From Pseudomonadota bacterium (GTDB lineage Bacteria; Campylobacterota; Campylobacteria; Campylobacterales; Sulfurimonadaceae), in contig JAZDQA010000007.1 in assembly GCA_043797085.1 (NCBI GenBank), positions 1 to 64,000 on the forward strand: a stretch of 64,000 nucleotides of DNA, written 5' to 3'. Below are positions 22,231 through 31,495 of the stretch, piece after piece. Under the pieces are notes generated by a model. The model did no database searches. It was not told where the DNA came from and saw only the letters and a program-made list of their open reading frames with translations. The first letter of the stretch is position 1; every line of letters begins with the position of its first letter. Made by a program: the position numbers and the translations under genes.

Positions 22231-22663
22231 CAACATGTTGGAATTTGCGCACATGGCAGTGGATTATGGGATTATTGGTATTTTGGTGTTGATGAGTATC
22301 GCATCATTGACGTTATTTATCGAGCGGTTGATGAGTTATGGTTCAGTACGAATTGAAGATTATACAAGCAAAGAAGAGCTTGAGCTTGATTTGGGAGATA
22401 ATGTTTCTACGATAGCGACTATCGGTTCAAATGCTCCGTATGTCGGATTGCTCGGTACGGTTTTAGGGATTATGATTACGTTTTACTCTCTTGGTGATGT
22501 GGGTGCAGTTGATCCTAAAAAAATTATGACAGGTTTAGCATTAGCACTCAAAGCGACTGCGATGGGTCTCGTTGTTGCCATTCCTGCTATTGTTTTTTAC
22601 AATATTTTACTTCGTAAGATGGAGAGACTCCTCACGATGTGGGATGTAAAGAATAAAGGGTAA
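22220..22663 (+). CDS. exbB: ExbB/TolQ proton channel
   Basis: APYVGLLGTVLGIM, ALKATAMGLVVAIPA. Confidence 0.92.
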   Translation: MENSNMLEFAHMAVDYGIIGILVLMSIASLTLFIERLMSYGSVRIEDYTSKEELELDLGDNVSTIATIGSNAPYVGLLGTVLGIMITFYSLGDVGAVDPKKIMTGLALALKATAMGLVVAIPAIVFYNILLRKMERLLTMWDVKNKG

Positions 22664-22666
22664 ATC

Positions 22667-23056
22667 ATGAAAATGAAACGTATGGATACTATCAATGTTA
22701 TTCCTTTTATCGATATTATGCTTGTATTATTGGTTATGGTACTTACTACTGCAACCTTTATCAAAACCGGAGTCATCCCTGTTGATCTTCCTAATGCAAA
22801 AGGCTCAGCGGCAGAACATAAACCAAGTGAACTCAAGCTTACCATTCAAAAAGACGGAACACTTTTAATGGGTGAGGAAAAAGCACCGATAACATTAGAA
22901 GTGTTTGAGCAAAACGTTGTTAAAGGCGGTAAAGAGATGACGGTCGTTCTCTACAGTGATAAAGACGCAGCATTTCAAAACTTCGTCGGCGTGATGGATG
23001 TGCTCAAGCGTTTAGGGCATGAACAGCTTTATATTGTGACTGATAAGCAAAAATAA
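22667..23056 (+). CDS. exbD: ExbD/TolR
   Basis: INVIPFIDIMLVLL, PVDLP. Confidence 0.92.
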   Translation: MKMKRMDTINVIPFIDIMLVLLVMVLTTATFIKTGVIPVDLPNAKGSAAEHKPSELKLTIQKDGTLLMGEEKAPITLEVFEQNVVKGGKEMTVVLYSDKDAAFQNFVGVMDVLKRLGHEQLYIVTDKQK

Positions 23057-23058
23057 CA

Positions 23059-23751
23059 ATGCATCAAATCAGTAATTATGTTTACGCTCGTGATGAATTA
23101 TTGACCATGGATATTCCTACTAAACGCCTTCCTAACTCCTATCATGATTTTCCTTATATGGTTATTGAGGGGATATTGAGCCCTTCTGAGTGTCGTGCCA
23201 TCACGCACGCTGCTTTGGAGGACGATGAATCAGTCAGTGCAGAACTTCGAGGACGTTCTCTCGATACGGCTATTCGTAAAACCGATATCCATACTCTTAG
23301 CTCTGAACACCGTCTCATTTATGATCGTCGTTTTGATGCGGTTCGCAGTGAAATAGAGGAGTTTTTTGCCCTTTCACTAAGCAAGGCAACGGATGTGCAG
23401 GTATTGGGTTATGAGAATGGAAGCTTCTATCTCAGACACAGCGATGATTCGAGTGAGTTGCGTGACGGTGAAGGGAAAACAATCGGCTTTCGCACGGTTG
23501 CTCCTGAGCGTAAACTTACAACGGTTTTATTTACCACTTCTTATACTCCTAATCCTACCGACATTGACCATTTTAACGGCGGAGAGCTGTTATTTAATTA
23601 CTTATGCGATGAACATGGCAATACGATAACTCTTCGTCCTGAAGCCGGTGATATGGTCGTATTTTTAAGCAACCCCTATTTTTCCCACGAAGTTCTACCC
23701 GTACATAAAGGCTTTCGTCTTTCTCTCGTTCAATGGCATAACGCACTCTAA
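23059..23751 (+). CDS. 2OG-Fe(II) oxygenase (prolyl-4-hydroxylase-like)
   Basis: HSD (HxD), RKLT, GGEL, HEV.PV..G.R..LVQW. Confidence 0.88.
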   Translation: MHQISNYVYARDELLTMDIPTKRLPNSYHDFPYMVIEGILSPSECRAITHAALEDDESVSAELRGRSLDTAIRKTDIHTLSSEHRLIYDRRFDAVRSEIEEFFALSLSKATDVQVLGYENGSFYLRHSDDSSELRDGEGKTIGFRTVAPERKLTTVLFTTSYTPNPTDIDHFNGGELLFNYLCDEHGNTITLRPEAGDMVVFLSNPYFSHEVLPVHKGFRLSLVQWHNAL

Positions 23752-23831
23752 AGAGTTAAAAACATAACCTAATCTCTTTTTTGGTAGAATAGAGAATTAT
23801 TTTTATTCTGAAGAGGGGGATATAAGCTGTT

Positions 23832-25775
23832 ATGCTTATGAGTCAATCACGCTTACGATCCCTTTTTTTGATTTCTTTAGTTCTCGCTACATTTTTGAGT
23901 GCAGATGATACCCCTGAAGATGTGACAACAATTCCCTTAGAAGAACTCCTCCAAACCGAATATATCCCAGCCAGTCGTATCGCTAATCAAATCAGTAATG
24001 CAGCTTCAGCCGTATCAATTGTTACCGCGCAGGATATAAAAGATTACGGTTATCAAACATTAGGGGATATTTTAGGGAGTATGCGCGGATTACATACCTT
24101 CCAAGATTATTCGTATACTTTTTTAGCAGGGCGCGGTTACAGTACCCCAAAAGAGTATGCAGGTCGGATTGCGGTACTGATTGATGGATACCGTGCAGAT
24201 GACAGCATGTTTGGACAAGCATATTTCGGAAATGACGGGATACTGGATGTCTCGATGATCGAGCGTGTCGAATATATCCCCGGCGGAAGTTCGGCAGGAT
24301 ACAGTAACGGTGCATTGCTGGGTGTAATCAATATCATCACCAAAAAAGGCTCCGATATCGATGGAACTCAAGTAGCTCTTGGGTTTGGCAGCTATGAAAC
24401 TCTAAGTCGACGGGCTACATTTGGAAAGCGATTTGAGAACGGTGTTGATATTGTAGCGTCGTTTTCAGATTACGATAGTAGCGGTCAAAGCTATACGTAT
24501 AATGTAGCTGGTGTTGATATGCTCCGAAGAAATCAACACGGTGAAGATTCAAAAAAGCTTTTCTTGAAAGGTTCTTATGAACGTTTTTCACTTGTAGCGG
24601 CATACTCAAAACGTAATATCGATATACCCTCTTATCCTTATACCGGTGAATGGAATGACCAAGCGATACACAATCATGATGAAAATCGATTCATTCGATT
24701 GGCTAATGATGTGGATATAACCCGTTATGTAAAACTCTCTTCATCCATTTGGTACGGTTCCTATCAATACGCTTTAGAAGATTCTGTATCGATGAGCTCA
24801 ATGGATTCTCTGATGGAGTTTAAAGATGATGCGAGATGGTATGGAGGTGATTTAAAGTTAGTTGGGACATGGTTTGATAATCATATAGTTTCGATAGGAA
24901 CAGAATATCGCCATGACTACCGATGGGATAATTCCCATGTTTTTACCGATGTTGTGGCAAATGATGTTTGGTGGTCGTATTATGGAAGTTATCCAGCCAG
25001 AAAAACATACAGTATCTATGGATATGATGAATGGAGATTGTCTCCCGTATGGGGACTGAATTATGGGGCTCGGTATGAAAAAAGCGATAACGGTTATCAT
25101 GCGCTGACTCCGCAAGCAGCATTGATTTGGAAACCCCGTTTAAGCACGGAGGTTAAACTCTCTACTGGTATTACCCATCGGCAAGCAACTCCTTCAGAGG
25201 ATACAACGCTAACACCTGAGAGTGTACATACGAATGAACTTGTTGTTGAAGAGAGATTTGATCATCAAAATAAAATCCTTGTCTCTTTGTACCAATATCA
25301 CCTTCGCAATCAAATCTCCAAAAAAGATAATAACGGGATTGATACTCGTGGTGCTGAGATTGAATTTGAGAAACATTGGGATAATAGTGCCCGTTTAAAA
25401 ACAAGTTATGCGTATCAAAATGTTTGTGAAACCGATACGGGACTCGCTTTGGTGAATGCACCGCATCACATTGCCAAATTAAATCTTTCCGTTCCGTTGA
25501 TGGACGAAAGATTACGGATGGGGCTAGACGTACAGTATTTGGGAACTCGTCCACTTTATACGGATGCGCGCCAAGAGTATGCTCCCTCACGTACTGTGAC
25601 CAATTTAACACTGCTATCACACGAATGGATTGCTAATAGTGATCTTTCACTTAAAGTGAGCAATCTGTTTGATAAAACGTATGGCGATGTTGCCAGTCCT
25701 GAAGATAACGGTGATTTGGTCTATCCTCAAAACGGACGAACATTTTGGATTCAATGGGAGTATAACTTCCGATGA
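23832..25775 (+). CDS. TonB-dependent receptor
   Basis: Signal peptide, plug domain (IERVEYIPG...GVINIITK), beta-barrel end NLFDK...GRTFW..WEYNF. Confidence 0.92.
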   Translation: MLMSQSRLRSLFLISLVLATFLSADDTPEDVTTIPLEELLQTEYIPASRIANQISNAASAVSIVTAQDIKDYGYQTLGDILGSMRGLHTFQDYSYTFLAGRGYSTPKEYAGRIAVLIDGYRADDSMFGQAYFGNDGILDVSMIERVEYIPGGSSAGYSNGALLGVINIITKKGSDIDGTQVALGFGSYETLSRRATFGKRFENGVDIVASFSDYDSSGQSYTYNVAGVDMLRRNQHGEDSKKLFLKGSYERFSLVAAYSKRNIDIPSYPYTGEWNDQAIHNHDENRFIRLANDVDITRYVKLSSSIWYGSYQYALEDSVSMSSMDSLMEFKDDARWYGGDLKLVGTWFDNHIVSIGTEYRHDYRWDNSHVFTDVVANDVWWSYYGSYPARKTYSIYGYDEWRLSPVWGLNYGARYEKSDNGYHALTPQAALIWKPRLSTEVKLSTGITHRQATPSEDTTLTPESVHTNELVVEERFDHQNKILVSLYQYHLRNQISKKDNNGIDTRGAEIEFEKHWDNSARLKTSYAYQNVCETDTGLALVNAPHHIAKLNLSVPLMDERLRMGLDVQYLGTRPLYTDARQEYAPSRTVTNLTLLSHEWIANSDLSLKVSNLFDKTYGDVASPEDNGDLVYPQNGRTFWIQWEYNFR

Positions 25776-26278
25776 AGCAAATAATCATACTCTTTTATGT
25801 AACTATTATGATTTCAGCGGGACTTCGTGCGGATGCTCTTCCCGAATATACGTTGAAAGCAGCTTATTTATATAACTTTGCTCTTTTAACAGATTGGCCA
25901 AAAGGGGAAGAATCCGAAGATCTTAATATATGTTTTTATCGAGAAGGATTAGGAAATGCTTCGGTTGCTCTTCAAAATAAAATGGTTGGTAATCGAAAAA
26001 TAAAAGTAGTAGATGTTGCAACTGCTGAAGAGACTAAGGTGTGCCACATGGTTTTTATCCCTGAGAATGAGGGGCGAAGCAGTGAAAATGTAATTCGGCA
26101 AATTGTTGGAACACCTGTGCTGATTGTCTCTGAAAACAAATACATTAATGATGGGCATATTACTATTATTCGTGAAGGACGAAAACTTGCTTTTGATGTT
26201 AGTCTGAAATCGTTAAAGCGTAGTAATCTATTGCTGAGCTCACGGTTATTAAAATTGGCACGCAAGGTTGAACAGTGA
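25772..26278 (+). CDS. YfiR/DUF4154 family periplasmic protein
   Basis: EYTLKAAYLYNF...WP, CH.VFI, SSRLLKLA. Confidence 0.9.
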   Translation: MKQIIILFYVTIMISAGLRADALPEYTLKAAYLYNFALLTDWPKGEESEDLNICFYREGLGNASVALQNKMVGNRKIKVVDVATAEETKVCHMVFIPENEGRSSENVIRQIVGTPVLIVSENKYINDGHITIIREGRKLAFDVSLKSLKRSNLLLSSRLLKLARKVEQ

Positions 26279-27507
26279 TTTTTCTCAATCGTCTGAATGA
26301 ATGGCCCATCCAAAAAAAATTAATTTATTCGCACATGTTAGGCATTTTTCTTGCCTTTTTACCTGTATTTTTAGTTATGGTTGTGTATGAATATTATGCA
26401 TTACGTAATTCTGTGCTGCATGAAATTAGAGTTCAAGCAGAGATCATTGGAGAAAGTTCGGCAGCAGCAATGGCATTTAGGGATAAAGAATCCGCATCTG
26501 ACACCCTTGCATCATTAAATGGGTCAGAAGATATGATTGCAGCTTATTTGATCCTACCTAATGGAACATTATTTAAGAGTTTTTATTACTCTAATAAAAC
26601 TAAAACTCCCCAGTTAAAAACTTTAAATGCTCCTGTGGTGTACAGTGAACATTTCTCGCTCTTAGAGGTTACGGTTGTGAAGCCAGTTTATTTGCGTTCA
26701 GAGTACGTTGGCTCCTTAACCCTTGTTAGCGGTTTAAATTCATTTTATAAGCGTTTATCATTTTTTTGGATACTTATTTTATCGGTAGCAATTTTTGGAT
26801 TTGGACTTGCACGTTATGTAGCTTCTCAGATTAGTCATACAATTACAAAACCATTATTGCATTTGATTGACGTAGCACAAAAAGTTACTTCGGTACAAGA
26901 TTACAGCGCTTCAATATCAATTGATTCCAAAGACGAGGTAGGAAAACTTTCAAAAGCCTTTGGGGAGATGATGTCTCAGATTCATAAGCGTGATCTTTCA
27001 ATGCAGCAGCTTGCATATTATGATCGCGTGAGCGGAATTGCAAACCGACACTATTTTGAAGAACGCATTGTTCAAGCAGTAGGAAATGCAGAACGCTACG
27101 GAACAGTTTGCTATCTTTTGATGATCGATTTGGACGATTTTAAAATTGTAAACGATAGTATGGGACATGATGTCGGGGATAAGTTATTACGTCATGTTAG
27201 TGAAAGCATTATCCGCACACTTCGACAAAATGATTTTATTTTTCGTATTGGTGGAGATGAATTTGCTGTGATTATTGAAAGTACGTCTGATCTTGAATCG
27301 ATTGAACAAATCGCTCAAAAAGTTATTTTTGCCGTATCAACTCCTGTAACTTTGGAAGGACATTACGTAAAAGTAGGAGCAAGTATAGGTATTAGTTGTT
27401 TTCCAAAATATGCGCTTGATGTCCGTTCTTTAATAAGAACAGCAGATGAAGCAATGTATGAGGCAAAAAGAAGTGGAAAAAATAATTTTCAGATATATCG
27501 AGGATAA
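26275..27507 (+). CDS. Membrane diguanylate cyclase (periplasmic sensor-HAMP-GGDEF, YfiN-like)
   Basis: Two TM helices, HAMP (DEVGKL), RQND I-site, GGDEF. Confidence 0.92.
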   Translation: MIFLNRLNEWPIQKKLIYSHMLGIFLAFLPVFLVMVVYEYYALRNSVLHEIRVQAEIIGESSAAAMAFRDKESASDTLASLNGSEDMIAAYLILPNGTLFKSFYYSNKTKTPQLKTLNAPVVYSEHFSLLEVTVVKPVYLRSEYVGSLTLVSGLNSFYKRLSFFWILILSVAIFGFGLARYVASQISHTITKPLLHLIDVAQKVTSVQDYSASISIDSKDEVGKLSKAFGEMMSQIHKRDLSMQQLAYYDRVSGIANRHYFEERIVQAVGNAERYGTVCYLLMIDLDDFKIVNDSMGHDVGDKLLRHVSESIIRTLRQNDFIFRIGGDEFAVIIESTSDLESIEQIAQKVIFAVSTPVTLEGHYVKVGASIGISCFPKYALDVRSLIRTADEAMYEAKRSGKNNFQIYRG

Positions 27508-27968
27508 AATCGAGTAAGCAACTTCAATAAACGAATGGATCAAACTCTTATTGCACTATAAATTTCATCTCAAGCGTAACTGCTGAACTCTCTCCTAAAT
27601 CCTACCAGTATTAATTTAAACTATTGAAAATTCTCTTCTACTCTAGTATTTTTAAATTTATATATAATACGTAAAACCGTATAAAATATAATTAATAAAG
27701 TTTTAAATATCTAGTTAAATAGATATAAAAGCATTTAAAAAGGTACTGAATATATATATAATAGATTTAATAATAATTATAAAGTATATTTAGACATTAT
27801 AATTACGTATTTAATACAGAAAAACGTATACTATGCAAATGGAAATAAACTCTTTTTACGCATTAAAAAAGAAAAATTAGGAAAGAATCTTTGTCTTTCT
27901 CATCATAGATGAGCTCTTTATAGGCTAAATACTCTATAATAACGGATCTTTTTTACATAGGGTGTGCA

Positions 27969-28946
27969 ATGCGCTATTTTTATTCTTCTTTCGCGATTAT
28001 GGCGCTTGGTCTGATCGCGGCATTCTATCTTGGCGGATTGGCTGCTATCTACATTACTTTTTTACTGATTGTTTTGGAAGTTTCATTATCGTTTGATAAT
28101 GCGGTTGTTAATGCTAAAGTTCTTGAAACCATGGACCCGATTTGGCAAAAGCGTTTTATCGTTTTTGGTATTCCTATTGCCGTTTTTGGTATGCGTCTTC
28201 TTTTCCCTCTCGCTATCGTTTCTATTGTTACAGGTATGGGATTGTTTGAGACATTACATGTCGCTATGAATCAGCCTGATGTCTATGAAAATGCGCTAAA
28301 AACTGCTGAGTCAACCATTTTTGCTTTTGGTGGAGCCTTTTTGCTCATGGTCTTTTTGGACTTTTTCTTTGGTGATCATGATGTTAAATGGGTAACTTTC
28401 GTAGAAGGTTCCAAAACCATGAAGCAGTTTTCAGGGGTTGCCAACATTGAGCTTATTACTGCCATCATGGTAGGGATCGGTTTGGGGCATATTACGCAGG
28501 ATTTTGGTGTGGTATTAGCGTTCATGTATGGTGTTTTGTTGCACTCATTACTGGGAATGCTGGATCATTTTTTATCTTCTGATACGGTTAAAAGCGGAAT
28601 CGCCGGATTTATTTATCTGGAAATTTTGGATGCTAGTTTTAGTTTCGACGGTGTTATCGGAGCATTTGCGCTGACAAGCAATATCTTTATCATTATGATT
28701 GGACTTGGGGTAGGGGCTATGTTTGTACGGAGTATTACACTTTATTTTGTTGAACATAAAACGTTGTCACAATTTCGCTATCTTGAACACGGTGCCCATT
28801 ACGCGATCGGTATTTTAGCGATTATCATGTTGCTTAAAATTACGACACACGTCAGTGAAATGGTGACGGGAACGATTGGTATTGGACTTATTGCTATTGC
28901 TTTTGCCCACTCTCTTTGGGAGAATAGAAAGCTTAATGAGATTTAA
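27969..28946 (+). CDS. DUF475/TerC-family membrane protein
   Basis: LEVSLSFDNAVVNA, LDASFSFDGVIGAFA, LEHGAHYAI. Confidence 0.9.
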   Translation: MRYFYSSFAIMALGLIAAFYLGGLAAIYITFLLIVLEVSLSFDNAVVNAKVLETMDPIWQKRFIVFGIPIAVFGMRLLFPLAIVSIVTGMGLFETLHVAMNQPDVYENALKTAESTIFAFGGAFLLMVFLDFFFGDHDVKWVTFVEGSKTMKQFSGVANIELITAIMVGIGLGHITQDFGVVLAFMYGVLLHSLLGMLDHFLSSDTVKSGIAGFIYLEILDASFSFDGVIGAFALTSNIFIIMIGLGVGAMFVRSITLYFVEHKTLSQFRYLEHGAHYAIGILAIIMLLKITTHVSEMVTGTIGIGLIAIAFAHSLWENRKLNEI

Positions 28947-28952
28947 TCTTCT

Positions 28953-29210
28953 TTAGCTTTCTATCTTTTTATACCCTCGGATCGTGCCGTAAAAGCTGAG
29001 GGTTAACCAAATTACTTCCATGACAAAGGATGCAAGATTCCAGTCATAGAGGAGTGACACAAGGATAAAAATCGCACCTATGGTATTCAAAAGGGAAAAC
29101 AAAAACCCTTTAGGATCCATCCGGTCGATTTGCATCAAGATATACGCCACAACAATGATGAAGACACCGGTTATACCGATGACATCTCCGATAATAGGGT
29201 TTTCTAACAT
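28953..29210 (-). CDS. Small membrane protein (CBU_0592-like)
   Basis: Three hydrophobic helices; IG..G....AY...Q and N..GA....SL...N motifs. Confidence 0.7.
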   Translation of the reverse strand: MLENPIIGDVIGITGVFIIVVAYILMQIDRMDPKGFLFSLLNTIGAIFILVSLLYDWNLASFVMEVIWLTLSFYGTIRGYKKIES

Positions 29211-29226
29211 CATTGCAGCTTTAAAC

Positions 29227-30855
29227 TTACATCATCCCCGGCATTCCGCCCATTCCACCCATATCTGGCATTGCAGGCTTATCTTCTTTGATTTCATGAA
29301 TGGTTGCTTCAGTTGTAAGAAGCATACTTGAAACCGATGTTGCATTGGTCAATGCGACACGTTCTACTTTGAGAGGATCGATGATACCTGCTTCGTACAT
29401 GTCAACGTATTCACCGGTTGCTGCATTGAATCCGATGTTTTCATTGGTTGAAGATACGATCGTATTGACCACAACACCTGCGTCATATCCTGCATTTTCA
29501 GCGATTTGTTTCACTGGAGCTGTGATGGCGCGAAGGATGATTTCCCATCCGATTTTTTGATCGCCAACAAGGTCGTGTTTCACTTTTGCTGCTGCACGGA
29601 TAAGTGCCGCACCGCCACCGATAACGATACCCTCTTCAACCGCAGCTTTGGTTGCAGAGAGTGCATCGTCTACGCGGTCTTTTTTCTCTTTCATCTCGGT
29701 TTCAGTTGCAGCGCCTACTTTGATAACGGCAACACCGCCACTAAGTTTTGCAAGACGCTCTTGTAGTTTTTCTTTATCGTATTCGCTTGTTGTGCTTTCG
29801 ATTTGAGTACGGATTTCTTTGATGCGTGAGTTTACTGCATCTTTTTCTCCAGCGCCATCTACAATGGTCGTGTTGTCTTTCGTAATAACGACACGTGAAG
29901 CTTGCCCCAAATCTGCAACGGTTGCGCTATCAAGTGTACGACCGATTTCTTCAGAGATAAGCTGTGCACGAGTAAGAACTGCGATGTCTTGAAGCATTGC
30001 TTTACGGCGATCACCAAATCCTGGAGCTTTTACTGCTGTGATGTTCAATACACCGCGAAGTTTGTTGACAACCAATGTTGCTAATGCTTCACCGTCTACG
30101 TCTTCTGCGATGATGAGAAGAGGGCGTGAGCTTTTTTGAACTTGCTCTAGTACTGGGAGCAAATCTTTGAGATTAGAGATTTTTTGATCAAACAAAAGAA
30201 TAAATGGATGATCAAGCTCAACCGTCATTTTTTCGCTGTTGTTGATGAAATACGGACTGAGGTAACCACGGTCAAACTGCATTCCCTCAACGACGTCAAG
30301 TTCATCATTGATCCCTTTTGCTTCTTCGACAGTGATAACACCATCACGGCCTACTTTGTCCATAGCTTCTGCGATCATTGCACCGATACGCTCATCGGAG
30401 TTTGCTGAAATGGTTGCTACTTGAGCAATTTCTTTTTTATCGTTGATAATGCGTGAAGCAGCTTTAAGCTCTGCTAAAATTGCTTCAGTTGCTTTGTCCA
30501 TACCGCGTTTTACTTCGATTGGATTTGCACCAGCTGTGATATTGCGAAGACCTTCTTTGAAAATCGCATTGGCAAGGATAGTCGCGGTTGTTGTACCGTC
30601 ACCCGCCTCATCCGCTGTGTTGGATGCAACCTCTTTTACGAGCTGTGCTCCCATATTTTCCAATGGATCTTTAAGCTCTACTTCTTTAGCAACCGATACA
30701 CCGTCTTTTGTAATCATCGGTGCGCCGTAGCTGCGTTGAATAAGAACATTGCGACCGCGTGGTCCCATAGTTACTTTGACTGCGTCAGTGAGCTTTTGTA
30801 CTCCTGCGGCTAACTTGTTGCGTGCATCGTCTGAATAGTGAATTTCTTTTGCCAT
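29227..30855 (-). CDS. groL: Chaperonin GroEL
   Basis: [26 protein letters not shown] tail; start moved to 30855. Confidence 0.98.
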   Translation of the reverse strand: MAKEIHYSDDARNKLAAGVQKLTDAVKVTMGPRGRNVLIQRSYGAPMITKDGVSVAKEVELKDPLENMGAQLVKEVASNTADEAGDGTTTATILANAIFKEGLRNITAGANPIEVKRGMDKATEAILAELKAASRIINDKKEIAQVATISANSDERIGAMIAEAMDKVGRDGVITVEEAKGINDELDVVEGMQFDRGYLSPYFINNSEKMTVELDHPFILLFDQKISNLKDLLPVLEQVQKSSRPLLIIAEDVDGEALATLVVNKLRGVLNITAVKAPGFGDRRKAMLQDIAVLTRAQLISEEIGRTLDSATVADLGQASRVVITKDNTTIVDGAGEKDAVNSRIKEIRTQIESTTSEYDKEKLQERLAKLSGGVAVIKVGAATETEMKEKKDRVDDALSATKAAVEEGIVIGGGAALIRAAAKVKHDLVGDQKIGWEIILRAITAPVKQIAENAGYDAGVVVNTIVSSTNENIGFNAATGEYVDMYEAGIIDPLKVERVALTNATSVSSMLLTTEATIHEIKEDKPAMPDMGGMGGMPGMM

Positions 30856-30882
30856 AATTGTTCCTTTGTGTTTTATAAATCT

Positions 30883-30975
30883 CGAAAACTTTGTTTTCGT
30901 AGCTTTAGGGGGATGCAAGGGACTTTTGTCCCTGCCACTAAATGGGCTTTGCTCATTTAGTGCGTAACATCAGTT
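30883..30975 (-). repeat. Repeat family B copy 1 (groES-groEL spacer)
   Basis: Multi-hairpin element homologous to 54764-54860. Confidence 0.82.
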
Positions 30976-31234
30976 ATTTTACGATTCCGAGTAAGTCGCT
31001 TGTTGCGATGACTAGGTAGGTTTTTCCATCAAGAACTAATTCTGTACCTGAGTATTTACCGAAAACAACAACATTACCAACTTCTACCGTAGTTACCTTG
31101 TCACTTACTGCGACAACAGTACCTGATGAAGGTTTTTCTTTTGCATTATCAGGAATAATGATCCCTGATGCGGTTGTAGTTGCCTCTTCAAGACGTTGAA
31201 CCAATACACGTTTTCCAAGTGGTTGAAAATTCAT
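30974..31234 (-). CDS. groS: Co-chaperonin GroES
   Basis: [23 protein letters not shown]; start moved to MNFQP (31234). Confidence 0.97.
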   Translation of the reverse strand: MNFQPLGKRVLVQRLEEATTTASGIIIPDNAKEKPSSGTVVAVSDKVTTVEVGNVVVFGKYSGTELVLDGKTYLVIATSDLLGIVK

Positions 31235-31364
31235 TATGCTTCCTTTTGTTTTATTGAGCGAATTGTACACGAGTTTGGCTGATTTTATTTTATCGATAAA
31301 AGGTTACTACTTTTAGCTAACAATAAGCAATGAGTCATTATAATTCCACTCTTCCAATAAAGAT

Positions 31365-31441
31365 GTCAGGGTAGCTCAGCTGGTTAGAGCACTGGTCTCA
31401 TAAGCCGGGGGTCGGGGGTTCGAGTCCCCCCTCTGACACCA
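31365..31441 (+). tRNA. tRNA-Met(CAT), probably the elongator
   Basis: GTCAGGGTAGCTCAGCTGGTTAGAGCACTGGTCT-CAT-AAGCCGGGGGTCGGGGGTTCGAGTCCCCCCTCTGACACCA; 1-72 pair is formed, so not the initiator; Ile2 not fully excluded. Confidence 0.93.
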
Positions 31442-31495
31442 TCTTTCAATTTCCTTTACCATTAAAATATGCTCATATCTGTTTATTCGAAACGT

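Noticed and set aside
27830..27968. yybP-ykoY (Mn) riboswitch ahead of the TerC/DUF475 gene
   Set aside because: TATAAT lies only about 30 nt before the ATG, and no riboswitch consensus is visible.
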